A stretch of DNA of 63,764 bases, counting the filler, from Octopus bimaculoides (Eukaryota): assembly GCF_001194135.2 (NCBI RefSeq). It is 8 parts of 7 records of this genome, joined end to end, with 100 filler letters (N's around TTAATTAATTAA, not from the genome) between each part and the next. Parts side by side here need not be neighbours in the genome. Positions count along the whole stretch, not along the records: positions 56,450 to 63,764 come from NC_068981.1; 7 more parts are not named here. One strand, given 5' to 3'. The notes below the pieces were generated by a model, which was not told the DNA's origin, ran no database searches, and saw only the letters and a program-made list of their open reading frames with translations. The translations under genes were made by a program, and so were the position numbers. How positions within the stretch are numbered: the stretch's first letter is position 1; every line of letters starts with the position of its first letter. This document shows, one piece after another, positions 63,722 to 63,764 of the stretch.

Positions 63722-63764
<43 letters not shown>

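Overview
AT-rich, microsatellite-dense eukaryotic scaffold with many N gaps. I could not support any host protein-coding gene, rRNA, tRNA gene or CRISPR array. The SINE families look like those I remember from Octopus (inference, not checked). The window is almost all transposable-element debris: at least 8 Penelope-like element (PLE) fragments, two Gypsy 3' ends with LTR and polypurine tract, DD34D mariner, DD37D maT, two hAT elements, R4/Dong-like and CRE-like LINE ends, Tx1/L1-type LINEs, tRNA-derived SINEs and several MITEs. The main finding is a nested block at about 16.6-24.5 kb. A PLE is split at a TA by a complete mariner (17514-23832). The mariner transposase is itself split at one 10-bp site by two head-to-tail, same-strand Tx1-type retroelements, and the site recurs three times (18526, 20149, 23571). 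One element carries only ORF1 (18536-20148). The other is an ORF2-bearing element that has lost most of ORF1 (20159-23570). The two share a 25-nt 5' motif and a 34-nt 3' terminus but are otherwise unalike. This suggests a transposon-targeting Tx1 family with an ORF1-only partner. A second highlight is a hammerhead-ribozyme-like motif in non-circularly permuted order (37039-37100) in a PLE-like repeat.
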